From assembly GCA_020137815.1 (NCBI GenBank), contig CM035362.1, forward strand, positions 5,022,001-5,086,000: a DNA stretch of 64,000 bases, in the 5' to 3' direction. Numbering within the stretch: the stretch's first letter is position 1; each line of letters opens with the position of its first letter. A program made the translations under genes and the position numbers. The notes under the pieces are model-generated. The model searched no databases. It was given only the letters and a program-made list of their open reading frames with translations, and was not told the DNA's origin. The stretch is from Hormiphora californensis. Lineage: Eukaryota > Animalia > Ctenophora. Of the stretch, positions 48,447 to 62,274 are shown piece after piece.

Positions 48447-50144
48447 AATGGAAGAGCGTGGTAAGGCAGGTGGAGATTGGGCCGCTCCCTGACACATTCC
48501 CAGTTGATGTTGAGGCTGATTCAAATGGAAAAATTTCGATAAGATTTTACCGTAGAGAGGTGGCGATAGGGAACAATGCTTACTCAATTGAATCGTGTAC
48601 GAGCTACACGTGGCATTTCATCCAGTTCCCAGTGACTATCCCTACCGGTACTCGGACTTGGCGGCTCACAAAAACCGGGGGAAATAAAAGTTAGTGATTC
48701 ACTGCAACGGAGAGAATGTTTTGGAATTTGCCTTCTCGGAGAGTTCCTTCAATCCTGGGTGTAGCGACAATTGGCAGGGAGAACAGGAGAGTTACTTTAA
48801 ATTCTATGGCATAGACACGGCATCATTGCGCTTCCGAAGTTAGTAATTATTATTATAAAACTCGTAACAATATGAATATGGTGTAAATGAACACTCCTAA
48901 ACACGTTGATGAGTGATCCTTCTCCACGTTTTTCTATCTAAGGCAAGAGTCATTACTTTTTCAAAGTCTTTAGTGAAATCAAGGTCTCTCTCCCTGAGGT
49001 CACTCTTCAAAATATTCAACAAGTTAGTTTGGTGCCTCCCTCTTCTACCTTTCATGTTCGAGGTGCCGAACAAAGCAAACTTTATAGCCATCATTGCCGG
49101 GGCATTTGACTGGCTACGGAGGATGTGTCCAAACATTTGCCATCTGGCAACAGTAATCCGTTCACTTAGCGGCCTGGTGTTACACCTCTGATACAGTGTA
49201 GCGTTGGAGATGCACATTGGATAGTGTATCTTCAGGATACTTCTCAGATGTTTTCGGTGACATACATCGAGATACTCCAAAGATTTTTTGGGTGCAGCCC
49301 AGCTGTTGCAGTTGTAAAGCATAACAGAAACGACTTGGGCCTCGTACAGCTTCAATCTCACTGCTAAAGATATCCGGGTACCCTGCTCCCATACATTTTT
49401 GTATTTGTTGAAAGCTATGTTTGCTAGAATACAGCGGCGTTCGATGTCCTCAATACAGCCGAGTTTGGACCCGAGTGATACGTTTGACCGCCATGGCTCG
49501 CGATCCTTCAACAGTTCACCTTTACTGTCCCTTTCATCCTTGGCTGCTAGAAACACTATAGATATATCAGAGAGATACCAGGTATATCTATTAGATATAC
49601 CTGAATAGTCTTGCTTGTATTTTACTATTTAATAAATCCAGTGAAACGTAACAATATGTGCACTGTACTTGCCTGGCTAGACTGTGTTTCGGTAAACACT
49701 GTACAGTAATAATCAGTCATCAGGACCTGGAAATGACACTTAAGACCAGGAACCGACCGAATCAGGAAATACTGGTCCCTGATTGGCTGATAACCAGTCA
49801 CGTGACCTCAATAACGAGTTCTGATTGGTTGTTTACTTGTTTCGGTCGGTTCCTGCTTTAGACGCTCTATATTCCGTGAAGCACTACTGCACTGTGGGTT
49901 GTACCCGATATACATAAGTCTTCACTATAACGCAGAATTATTTCAGTTGTAGCTTGCCAAACTCCAATTTTACCGGATAACACTACCACGGTCCAAGGTG
50001 GAACACTAGACGAACTTTATTCCATCGGGAGTGTGCTGGAGATGGGTTGTGAGGCAGGGTGGACGAGTCTGAACGGAGCACAGAGCATCACTTGCTTAGA
50101 GGAGGAGATGTGGTCGGAAAACAGGCCGGATTGTGTACAACCAG
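48447..50144 (+). CDS. Partial extracellular protein: uncharacterised Trp/Cys domain exon (48447-48838, one frameshift) plus sushi/CCP exon (49947-50144)
   Basis: EWKSVVRQV...CTSY..F...TWRLTKT...LVIHCNG...W...F..IDTAS; CQTPILP...GSVLEMGCEAGW...GAQSITC...WSENRPDC; both exons phase 1-1. Confidence 0.65.
48843..49556 (-). mobile_element. 5'-truncated RTE-clade LINE
   Basis: ORF 48897-49556 (KLYEAQVVSVMLYNCNSW, ISNATLY, RWQMFGHILR, RRGR); (TAA)n-like tail. Confidence 0.8.
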
Positions 50145-50499
50145 GTTCCTAATCTAATTGAAATTAGTGGGCCGAAAAGGTTACCCCTCTGTTATTATTG
50201 CTCATGTATGCAATAAAAGGGGTGACTTCGTAACCAATCATTTGAGCTACCTTCATTCACGGGGTACAGACAGGGTATAAGTTATATTAGACAATTTTAA
50301 CCGGTTATCTAAGTTTTCACAGTACACCGTTTCCGGTGGTTAAAGTGTACTGTGAAATTTTAGACCACTGCAAAAACACTAGTAATTATAAAGTAAAATA
50401 CCGCTGCAGTGGTATGTGAAAAATTAAACACTTTCTAGTCACACGCACACAGTGTGAACATTACAAACATTACAAACTGAGTGAACGGGATAAAGATTA

Positions 50500-50553
<54 letters not shown>

Positions 50554-50683
50554 GCCTCTACGAGCGCTCTCTCTCTCTCTCTCTGCTCGCTCTCTCGATC
50601 TCCGCTTCTCTCTCTACTCGCTAGCGCTCTCTCTCTGCATCTCTCTATCTTCTCGCGCTCTCTCTCTCGCTCTTCTCTCTCTG

Positions 50684-50715
<32 letters not shown>

Positions 50716-50783
50716 TCTCTTCTCTCTCTCTCGTCTCTCTCCTCATGCTCTCTCTTCTCTCTTCTCTTCTCCTTCTACTCTTC

Positions 50784-50814
<31 letters not shown>

Positions 50815-51950
50815 GATCCCGCTCTCTCTGCTCATCGCTCTCTCTCTCGCTCTCTCTCTTCTCCTCTCTCTCCCCTCTCTCCTTTCCCCGTCTCTCCCTC
50901 TCCCTCTCCCTTTCTGTTTTTTGTTTTTGTTTGTTTTTTTTGTTTTGTTTTTTTTTTTTTTCTTTCTTTTCTCGGGCCCCCCTCTCCCCGGTCCCCGGCT
51001 CTTTCCCTTTCCCCCTCCCCCTCTCCACTTTTTTTTTGTCCTCCTACGTCCGTACCTATATAATTCCCTAGGGGGAAAGAAAAGATAAGGGTTAGGGCGT
51101 GTGCACACTGCACATTTTTCCCAACTCATAAATCAAATCCAATTTTCACAAAGTTTACCCCTAGAATGAGTTCCTACGATCATTCTAAAACATTTGGTAA
51201 AAAAATTTTAGTCCTACCCTGGCCCAATTACGTGGGCCGATGTATGCCCATATATGGGCATATTCATATCAAAAAATGTTTTTTGGGGCGTTATTTCGAA
51301 AAAACCACACATATGAATCGCCTCATGAGAACCAGTACAACCATTATTTCCAGTCTGCACCTTCAGAACTCCATTTTATAATGAAAATTTTTTTTTTTCA
51401 TCTTTTTTTCTTGCACATTTTCCTACTTTGCAGTACATATTAGTTGAGACGAATTTTAACTTTTTGAGATTTTATTTGTCGGAAACCAAATTCCGGTTGT
51501 AACCGACTACTTTTGACCTGCTGAACACGATCCCGTTCATGAAAAAGCTCTCAAAATTGAAGAAAATGGCCAAAATGAACATTTTTAGTCAAAAATGAAC
51601 ATTTTTGGTCCAAAATGAACATTTTCAGGTCAAAAATGACCTTTGGCTAACTTTCATGATACACATCCATTCTGATCGGTATCAAACCGCTGAACACGAC
51701 CCTGACCATAAAAAGTTGATATCAAGAACATGCCAAACACTGGTGTAAAACACACATATTTTCCTTTTTTCGGTAAAAAAGTAAACTTTTTTAATCGCCT
51801 GGCCCACGTAATTGACATACACTATCCCAATTCCGTTTTCAGGATGTAGTAGACAATTGTCCATAGTTTCATATCTACCCTTAACCTTTTGGCCAAGTCG
51901 ACAAAATTTTCACTTAGCACACCCTACTGTGCAGTAGTGACTACTGCACA

Positions 51951-52009
<59 letters not shown>

Positions 52010-52855
52010 TTCTCTTTCTCTCTCTCTCTCACTCAATCTTTATCTCTTTCACTCAGTTTGTTTCCAAAATCATCTAATAAAATTAGATGACTGCTTTTAC
52101 ATGCTCTATTACACAACAATAATGTTAAAGATTCTTTCACTTGTAGGCCTCGCAGGCTCGGCCCAAAAGTACAACTACAGAGCTCGCAGGCTCGCTCAGT
52201 AGTTACACTTGGCGTTCCTCGCAGGCTCGGCAGCTAAGTAAAAGGATCTACCTCGACCTGTCGGTCTCGGTTCATTATTGTTGTATTTAGAACACTCGGC
52301 CTTCGGCCTCGTGCACTAAAAAGTAATAGACCATTTTAACCAGTCATCTAATCATATAACAGATGCCTCGTCTATCTTCAAAAGTGAATGCACTGGTGCC
52401 AAAGGGCAACCTTTCCGGCCCACTAATTTCAAATAGTTTTGGTATAATTTGCATCATTTTTTGGGATGAAACTGATTAGTAAGTAAAATACCGTGCATGG
52501 GGTTACACGGATGTAATGGGTACCGGCAAGGGTATCGTGCCTCCTGAGCATTATTATTAAACGTCCGATTTTCTAATAAATATTTAAAGAGCCATTTAAT
52601 TTAGCTGTAAAAAAGTTGGGCAACTTTTTTCGGAATTGTTCGATACTTCGTTCTACCTAATTTCGTAAGCTTTTTGGTATTTTTTGTACTACACAAAAAA
52701 TACTCAAGTAAAACGTACGTGGAAATAATCGTTGCTCATGTACCAATGGTCCCCCCCCCCCCCCCCCCCCCATAAACCCAACTCGGGGGAATAAGGGGGA
52801 TTCTTGTTTTGTTCAAAACGAAGCGAAAAGAGGGTCGAGGCAAGGGGATGCTCTA

Positions 52856-55800
52856 TTATACCTCGTATCCATCTTCAAAGTGTGTCATCTGATACCCAGC
52901 AATCTGTTTACCCAACCTTGAGATCACCTGAAGAGGAGGAAATATAAAAATAAATAATATTTAACACAATTGGTATTTGTCTAGTAGACTACAATACAAA
53001 CCGTGAGATAGGGGTCTAGCTAGGCAACAATGGACCGCCTGTCAGGCCAATGCTCTGACCACAGTTCTCGCACGCTCCACCAATGCTCTGACAGTGGACC
53101 GCACACAAGCAGCATTGGATAAAAAAAATTATACATTACTAAAATAGTAAGTGGTAATGGGAAATTCAGCAATCAGCTGTAAAACAAAAGTAGGGAAGAT
53201 TTCTTGTTTCACAAACGTTTCTGATCGTTTTAAACTACGTTCGGTCCCCGATTTACCGGAAACCCATCCATCCCGGTAAATCGGGGTCCGACTGTACAAC
53301 AAGAACCGACCGAATCAGGAAATACTGGTCCCTGGTTGGCTGATAACCAGTCACGTGACCTAAATAACGAGTTCTGATTGGTTGTTTACTTGTTTCGGTC
53401 GGTTCCTGCTGTATAATTTATTAAAATTAGGTTGATATTGCATACCTTGAAGGCGGTCGCAGCGCTGTTAGGATTCTCAAAAGCCCCCGACTGAATTTCC
53501 CCCATAACCGCCTGGTGCACCAAGGAAGACTCAAGAGGATCGGAGAACGATGCTGAAATATGGAACAGTTATTTAGTTAGAAAATGTTGTCGAGTACAAT
53601 TATTAATTAACACTAATTAATCCTCATTTTTAGTCATTTTTCGGTGCACGGGCCAATCAGAGGCCTTTATTTTGAAATCTAGGCCTCTGATTGGCCCGTG
53701 CACCGAAAAATGACCAAAAATGAGCAAAAACCAAAATGCCAGACCCAGCACTTCCCGATGAGATAGAAAGCTAATTCCGGTTGCGTTGGATTCGTCTTGA
53801 AACGCTGATTTAAAAAAGCTCTGTGCCTTATTTGGGCCTTATACACGGTCAACCACTACTAATTACAAATCAATTACTAATTACAAATCAATTACTAAAT
53901 AATTACCAATGAACTCGGCTTTCATTTCTGCTATTTCTACAGTTTTCATTTCAGGCTGCTCTCTCTTCTTCCTCTGGTCCAGTGGTCCCTGGTCAGTGGA
54001 GGCTGCCGCACCCCGGGTATCTGCTTCAAATAATTCTCGAAGCTTCTGCTCCACACTCCCGGTGATTTCGTACCTAGATAGGAGGTGATTAGTTAATTAG
54101 TAGTGATTAGTAGATTAGTAATTAAGCATTAGTTATTGCATATTTTATTTCGCGGACAGAGGGTCGATCTAGGCGAGACATTACCGAACTGTAGAAGCCT
54201 TTAAGGGTACGCTAACCAAAAATTTTTTTCGAGTGCAGGGAAATCTCTCACCGTAGGGTTGTAGGCCATGACAAGGAGACCTCAAATATGCAATTTGAGC
54301 TCTCAAGTCGAATTCATATTTTTGCTACAGCTATTTAAAAAATGTCCTGTAAATACGTTTTTGGCATCTCAAAAATTTTTTTTAAAAGATAGGAGCATGA
54401 AAATTTGGGGATTTGAAGAGGACATGAAGGGGAATAACCACAAAAAATTTTTTTGCAATCCGAGCTGATTTCCGGTCCTGAGATGGATTTCTTTTTTTCC
54501 ACTTTAACGCCCTATTTGGCAAAGTTCCGAAAACATGTGAAAGCAGTAAATTGGTGAAAAGTTGCGTCTAACGATTATCTAAGTGGCCATAAATTTTGGG
54601 CGTGTCCTTATTTGAAATAAGATGTACAGAGTTTTTTTTGTGAAAGCCGTCATTTCAGAAATAAATAAATTCCCTGTATCTCAAAAACGGCTGATCGTAG
54701 AGACCTGAGACTATGCTTAAACGATTCAGAAGGTCCGATTTTGGGGGGGTCTTCTGAGAGACATTTTGCTCCTACTTCAACCGTTTTTGCTGTAATTGCG
54801 AAAAACAAATTCTATGGAAAGGGCAAGAGCTAAACTCCAATATCCTGTAATTAGGGAATTTTGGCTAAGAAAGGACCGAAACTATGGAAAAATGTGTAAC
54901 AAGCTAATTCCTTCACTATTTGGTCCATATGGGTCCCTATAATCACCAAAAACAAAATCACAAAAAATCCACGATGGCGAAGATGGGTTTTTGTTTTTCG
55001 CAATTACAGCAAAAACGGTTGAAGTAGGAGCAAAATGTCTCTCAGAAGACCCCCCCAAAATCGGACCTTCTGAATCGTTTAAGCATAGTCTCAGGTCTCT
55101 ACGATCAGCCGTTTTTGAGATACAGGGAATTTATTTGTTTCTGAAATGACGGCTTTCACAAAAAAAACTCTGTACATCTTATTTCAAATAAGGACACGCC
55201 CAAAATTTATGGCCACTTAGATAATCGTTAGACGCAACTTTTCACCAATTTACAGCTTTCACATGTTTTCGGAACTTTGCCAAATAGGGCGTTAAAGTGG
55301 AAAAAAAGAAATCCATCTCAGGACCGGAAATCAGCTCGGATTGCAAAAAATTTTTTTGTGGTTATTCCCCTTCATGTCCTCTTCAAATCCCCAAATTTTC
55401 ATGCTCCTATCTTTTAAAAAAAATTTTTGAGATGCCAAAAACGTATTTACAGGAAATTTTTTAAATAGCTGTAGCAAAAATATGAATTCGACTTGAGAGC
55501 TCAAATTGCATATTTAAGGTCTCCTTGGCATGGCCTACAACCCTACGGTGAGAGATTTCCCTGCACTCGAAAAAAATTTTTGGTTAGCGTACCCTTAATG
55601 GCATACATTCTCCCTCCTTCTCTCTCCCTCTCTCTCTCTCTCTCTCCCTCTTTCTCTCTCATTCTCTCTCTTTCTCTCTCTTTCTCTCTCTTTCTCTCAA
55701 ATAGTTGGACTCGCTCCAAGTAAAAATTTACGTTTGGGAATCTACTTCATCGTTTGTTCGACTGATTTTATCATTCTTTGTTCAAGCTAGGTGGAACAAA

Positions 55801-58800
55801 GAATGATAAAATCAGTTGAACAAACGATGATTATGAGAACAAAGGATTATCAGTGATCATTGATCGCTGGTCGAAATTCGACCGTCGAAAACTGGTCCAT
55901 AGTTCGTTCTCAACCAAAGCAGTTGTCAACGTTGTACCAGAAACAGTGATAAAACAGCCAATCCTGGAGATCATGGCCACGTTGAAATTGGACAGCCTTC
56001 TTACAAAAATACCTGACAGACCCCGACTAAAAATTACAAAGATACCCGACTAAAAATTACATTACCCTCGACCTAGTGGTATTGCTTGTTTCTCAACAAG
56101 GCATTGCTGGGGAGAGGCACGGTTAGCAGTTCCACAGCTTAACACGTCGATTTGACCAGATCACCTATAACAATAGAGGTACTGCAAAAGTTCTCTCGGA
56201 GGCCTCTCTCTCTCTCTCTCTCTTTCCCAAATTCTCAAATTTTTGCGTAAGGGAATCTCTATTTTAATTTTTATAGCAGTCAGTTTTGCCGTTGCCCCAA
56301 TCATTTCCAGCTTTGAGGATGGTTTTGTAAATGGGCTTACATACGAAGGTGCCAATCAGCTTTTCCTGGGAGTGATGACAAAAGAGAAGCTCCTGACGAT
56401 TATCCAGGGATACCATGGCACTAGGATGATCACCAGATCTGAAACTGGCCTCTCCTGGGCGAGGATCCGGAGTATTGTGAGCAGCATGTTTACTACAGAT
56501 AACGGGGGAATACAGCACAGGAAGCTGTCCTTCTATGGAAATGATCCAGTTTGTTTGTTCAAGTTCTTTGTCCTTCCAGATGATCCTCAGGTGACGTTCG
56601 TGTGGCTTTACATTTCCCTACATTTCGTCTGTTTCCTAACCGTGGCCGTTGGTCACACTGTCATTGGGGTTCTGGTAGCACGGAGTAAACAACCAGAGGG
56701 CAGTAATCCACTATGTGGTCAAAACGCGCATTTGTCCGATAGGAATCCTCCATTTTGAGGGGTTTTGCGCGATTTTGTTAGGCGCTTTCAGGGAGCGTGC
56801 ACGCTTGCGTGTGCTGTCAAACACCCTGGAAATTGTGTAGCAGTTGTAGGTAATCGTCTAAAGATCATTTTGCTACCCATAACTTGGCTGAAAGTGCGGC
56901 AGGTTTTGGACAGCACGGCATCAAAGTTCGTCCTATAGCCCAATAACTGGCTTCTGTTCAAAGCGCAACCTAAATTTTGGTATCAAAAGAAAGCTAGGGG
57001 GCTAGAGATTACTATGCAACCTTTCAATCGCAACCGGTCCGATGCGGTCATGTATTAAATGCGACATTTATGCTAAAAAAGCACTTGTCAGCGCTGGTTT
57101 TACACGTAAAAACGCGCAACGAGGTTGGATCTTGGTCAAAATTGAGCCTTTACTGCGCGTTTTCTATCAAAATCACTAGATCTCGCGAGCCTATCGGACA
57201 TGACCACATAGTGTAATCTCGCTTCGAAGCTTAACCAGAAAATAATGTTAGTTTGTGCCACAGATTTCTGCTGCTGGATGCCGTTTCTGATTTGTTGTGC
57301 CCTCCACACGACAGAGGTAGTCGATATGTCACCGTGGTACCAGGTTTTCTCTCTCGCCATTCTGCCCATAAATGCCGTTATTAACCCACTGCTCTACAAC
57401 ATCGAATGCTTCACTGCTGCCCTGGATTTCTGCAAGAAAAGGTTGAGGATCCGATTTCAAGTGGAACCAGCTATCCCAGCTAATGGCAACTAAAGCCGAT
57501 AATCAAACTAATTAGCACTAACAGACAGGCGTTATTTCATGGCTGTTGTTATAACTTGAGTCGCTTGACACTGTTTCCGTTTTAGAATAAAAAGAAAGTA
57601 TGAACAATTCAAGTTATGTATAACATGTATTATATATGCTGTTTGCGGGAGCGTAACAGTGCTGCTTGCAGTCAAAATACGGTAACGCAAAATACAGTAA
57701 GGAGACGCGCACGGTGCATAATGCGCGGCAAAAAGTTCATGTGTCAGCACGTACTAGCGCCCTGATTGGTCACGGTTGCGCGTCGTCTTACTGTATCTTC
57801 GTTTTCCATTACCGTTTTCCCACTACAAGCGACCGTGTAAAAAGCCGATTTTATTCTCAACACAGAAATGTTAAAAATGTCATGTATGGCGTATGCATTA
57901 GTTTATTATCTATTAAAACTCCATGTTTTCTTTAAATGAGAGTCGACAGAGGGGAGGCAGTCCTTGAGCCCTCTACATATATGAACATGTCACGTGATGC
58001 CCATATATGGACATGCTTACCTTCGCTCAAGTTTGTTGAGCATCACAATGTGTTTGAACATTTCCATTTCGAACTTCTTGGGGTAGTGTCGCAGTTCAGC
58101 CGTTACCTCCGCAAGGGACCTGTGAGAGAATGAATGAATGATACAGAGCAGGAACCGACCGAAACAAGTAAACAACCAATCAGAACTCGTTATTTAGGTC
58201 ACGTGACTGGTTATCAGCCAATCAGGGAACAGTATTTCCTGATTCGGTCGGTTCCTGATACAGAAGATTTATTGAAAAGGAAGGAGATATAATAGGGAGA
58301 TATAATAGGGGTAGTTAGATATTGAGATATAATGGGGATTGTGAGATATTGAGTTGGGAGAGGGAAAGTGAGATAGACGAGATAGTGAGATATTGAGGAG
58401 TGTGGAGTGTGGACTCCACTGATTGTGGAGAGATTAGTTGCCTGGCTAGACTGTGTTTCGGGCACCCCGCTTTCCTTTACAAATGTAAAGGGAGGGTTAG
58501 AACATAAGAATAGATTAGGAGGAAAATCGAGATAATTTTTCTACGGAGATCTGATATAGTCTCGCGGCGTGTTCCGAACCATGTTATCAGACATTGAAAA
58601 TAAATTTTCTCCCTACTTATCGTAGTTCCACAGAGTATTTAGCTTGTGTCCGTCACCCTCAAGATGGATTCTCAAATTTGGGAGTTCCAGCTCTTTTTGA
58701 CATGAAGAACAGTAAACCTGTGAAAAGTGTCACGTTATGCCCTTATATGGTATGTCACGTGATCATGGTGCCCATATTTGGACATAAAAGCTCCCATATT

Positions 58801-61800
58801 TGGTATGAAAGAGCAGTGAACTAACCTCTTCATTATCTATTTGTAATGTTCCAAGTCCAACTAACAAATTCTCCAACGCAAAGTCCTGAAACAAAGATGC
58901 GTTTTAGATAGATCTGTGTTTTTAAATGTTTGCAAATATGGTTTCATTACAGCTCCCGACACAAATTCACCGAGTACCTTCCCATTGGATACTGTAAAAC
59001 TAGATATTTTCGAGGCAATTAATTTTCGCGATTCGATCAAAATTTACTATTTTCGCGATTTTAATTTTCGCTAATCCCACTGCTACCCCCATTTCACGGT
59101 CCTAGTCTATTATCTAATTACGCCAAGAGTACAGTCATCATTGCCATGAGACACCAGACCTGCTTGGCATAGACCAATGAAATGTGAGCATTTTCTCATT
59201 GCTGATTGGCTCTAAGAGATAACCAATCAGGGATGAGACAGAAAAGGCTCACATCTCATTGGCTTACAGTTTACGAGTTTTCTGTGAAAAATCGCCCAAA
59301 ATATTTTCGCGGAATTAATTTTCGCGGATTTTCCAGCCAAAAATAAAGAGCGAAAATAAAAATCTCACGAAAATATCTAGTTTTACAGTATTTTAAACGT
59401 AACGGTTTAAATCGTTAAATCTTTATTAGGCGAAAAACATGCCTTCAGCTTACCCAGAATGGTTTCTTGTCAGCTTTACTAGCTGATTTCCCCTCAGCTG
59501 CTGTAGAGCTACCCTGATCCCTCTCTGATCCCACTGTTTCCGTGGTCTCAACCCCAGCAGGATCACTCTCTTCTTTAATTGTGTCACTAATGTGAGTCGT
59601 TACCAGGCCGACCTGCAACACAAAAACGGGGGGTAATCTGAGTTTCAAGAAATGATGTTTCAGAGATCTCTTTTCTTGATCTTGCACTTTTGATATAAAT
59701 GATCATGAATCACGGCGGCAATTTTGCATTTGCGGGCATCGCACTATAGACGCAGTACCCACGTACTATAGACGCATTATAAACGCATTATAAACGCATT
59801 ATAGACGCATTATAGACACACGCAATATAGACGCAATTTCGTAAGCAGCACTATAGACGCAATATAGACGCAGTATAACAGCAATATAAACGCATTTTTA
59901 TAGACGCGACGCAGTATAGCCGCATTATAGGCGCACTACCCACCCCAAAATCACCTTATAGACGCACTATAGACGCATTATAGACTGACTATAGCAGCAC
60001 CATAAACGCTACATAGACCCATATAGACGCATGATAGAAGCATTATAGACGCAAATCGCTTTTTATAGACGCCGCGTCTATAAAAAACGTGCTTTTTTAA
60101 GAAGCACTATAGACGTACTCAGACGCACGCTGCCATATTTGAGGCGCAGTTGGGCGAACTATAAACGCATTTTTGTCGCATATAAAAGGAAGCAGTATAG
60201 ACGCATTATAGACGCATTATAGACGCATGTGCGCGAAATCGATAAAGACGCAATATAGACGCAATTAATAAGAAGGATAGGGAGAGAGACTAGAGGGAGG
60301 GAGGGAGGGAGGGAGAGGGAAGGAGAGGGAAAGAGGGAGGGATACAGAGACAGATCAGACAGAGACAGATGGACACAGATCTGAGACAGATGGACAGAGT
60401 AAGATGGAGAGAGATTAAGATGGAGAGTGGAGAGAGAGAGTGAGACAGAGAGGGAGATAGTAAGCGCGTGTTTGTCCGTCCGTCTGTCTCTGTCCGTTTG
60501 TTTCCATCTCTGTCTTTTTCTGTCTCACTCTTTTTATGTCTCACTCCGTCCCTATATCACTATCTTTCCATCTTACTCTCTTTCCATCTTACTCTGTCCT
60601 TCTGTATCAGGTCTTTATCCGTCTGTTTCTGTCCCTGTACCCCTCCCTCAGTCCCTCCCTCTCCTTCCCTCTCCCTCCCTCCCTCGTCTCTCTCTCCCTC
60701 TCCTTTTTATTTTGCGTCTATATTGCGTCTTTATCGATTTCGCACACATGCGGCTATAATGCGTCTATAATGCGTCTATACTGCTTCCTTTTATATGCGA
60801 CAAAAATGCGTTTATATAACGCCCAACTGCGCCTCAAATATCGCACTGTAGCCTGGAGTACGTCTAAAGTGCTTCTTTAAAAAGCACGTTTTTTATAGAC
60901 GCGGCGTCTATAAAAAGCGATTTGCGTCTATAATGCTTCTATCATGCGTCTATATGGGTCTATGTAGCGTTTATGGTGCTGCTATAGTCAGTCTATAATG
61001 CGTCTATAGTGCGTCTATAAGGTGATTTTGGGGTGGGTAGTGCGTTGGTAACGAAGTTACCCCTCCCTTGCCGGCGCGGCGTGCGAAGCACGCCAAACGA
61101 AGGCCGCGAAGCGGCCTGAGTAGGGGTAACAAACCCGCTTTGATTCACTTCAAAAATTAATAGCTCCTCAACCACTCAATGAAAATGCACCAAATTTTGG
61201 TATTCCCCACCAAATTGTCTGAAAATTATAATTCTGTACTCATATTTAAAAAATTATCCCCGGAACCTTGGTTTTGAAATCAGTTTTAGGTGTTAATGAT
61301 GAAAAAAATTTTTGAAAAAGTAGGTCAGGTATGCTTAACATCATATCAAAGATCGTGGCAAAGTTTGAAGTTTCTATCTCGAAAGGTCTGGCCATCAAAA
61401 TTAAAAAGGTCTTGAAGTTGAACCATTTGTACAAAACATGTTGTAACTCAGCTTCTACTTTGCCAAATTAAACCTGGTTTGAAACACTGAACTGCTAATC
61501 TATCCCTCCGAATACGGACGAAGTTTGAAACCGCCAGCTCTATTGGCCGCTCTGCAATACTTGTTTGTGTCAAAGAAATCAGGAAAGTAACGAGATTTGG
61601 TCTCGGTGTGGCCCTGTGCGCGGCTCAAACCCCTTAGCTAGAACTATGTAGTGTAGACTACAACTTTTCAGTGCTCAGTATAACGTTTTGGGCGCGCTAT
61701 AAAAATAGGGCAAGCCCTTCTGATACCTCTAAACAGAGTGTGAGGTGTCTTCGATACCAAGGTAGTGCGCCTATAATGCGGCTATACTGCGTCGCGTCTA

Positions 61801-62274
61801 TAAAAATGCGTTTATATTGCTGTTATACTGCGTCTATATTGCGTCTATAGTGCTGCTTACGAAATTGCGTCTATATTGCGTGTGTCTATAATGCGTCTAT
61901 AATGCGTTTATAATGCGTTTATAATGCGTCTATAGTACGTGGGTAATGCGTCTATAGTGCGATGCCCGCAAATGCAAAATTGCCAATCACGGCCCTAGCC
62001 CACTTTGTTATATGTTCTAAGCCTCCCAGGGCGCCCGAAACACAGTCTAGTCAGGTTGGTAACGAAATTACCCCTCTACTCTGTAGATAGGGCATTGCGA
62101 TAGTAAGGCACGTTTTAGCATGCCCGCAATGTAGGGGTAATTGCGTTACCAACTAGTCAGGCAAAGCAGCAGTACCAACCTGTTCAACAACGGTGGAATC
62201 CTCTGTTTTTGGGGTGCTAGTTGAACTGCTTGTAATGGCTGCCATCTCCCTTTCAGCCGCTTCTTTCTCCAGTG
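52856..62274 (-). CDS. Uncharacterised multi-exon protein, start not identified
   Basis: Eight phase-compatible stop-free GT-AG exons: 62180-62274, 59454-59612, 58826-58885, 58617-58690, 58021-58119, 53907-54073, 53446-53552, 52856-52927. Confidence 0.65.
54205..55594. mobile_element. Second Kolobok-like foldback element (TTAA TSD, ~605-bp arms)
   Basis: TTAA|GGGTACGC...GCGTACCC|TTAA; inner arm shares sequence with 27865-29167. Confidence 0.8.
56243..57493 (+). pseudogene. TM4-TM7 fragment of an LDLa-GPCR paralog, 5'-truncated and split by a Transib-like insertion
   Basis: FEDGFVNGLTY, FYGNDPVCLFKF, DDPQ, TDFCCWMP, PINAVINPLLY match 13034-16183. Confidence 0.8.
56709..57213. mobile_element. 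Transib-like non-autonomous element
   Basis: TIR CACTATGTGGTC/GACCACATAGTG; 5-bp TSD TAATC; removing it restores the GPCR frame (EGSNLASKLNQKIMLV). Confidence 0.75.
58993..59388. mobile_element. TA-flanked MITE
   Basis: TACTGTAAAACTAGATATTTTCG...CGAAAATATCTAGTTTTACAGTA. Confidence 0.7.
59717..61984. mobile_element. Mutator-like foldback element with TATAGACGCA-repeat arms, 9-bp TSD
   Basis: AATCACGGC|GGCAATTTTGC...GCAAAATTGCC|AATCACGGC. Confidence 0.85.
61045..61760. mobile_element. TTGGTAACG-TIR element with 9-bp TSD nested in the foldback; short relatives at ~8390-8484, 22570-22645, 62056-62152
   Basis: GGTAGTGCG duplicated; CTAGTCAGG duplicated around the 62056 copy. Confidence 0.75.

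Noticed and set aside
50550-51070. Novel low-complexity coding region
   Set aside because: Garbled version of the (CT)n region seen cleanly at ~1600-1850; likely sequencing noise
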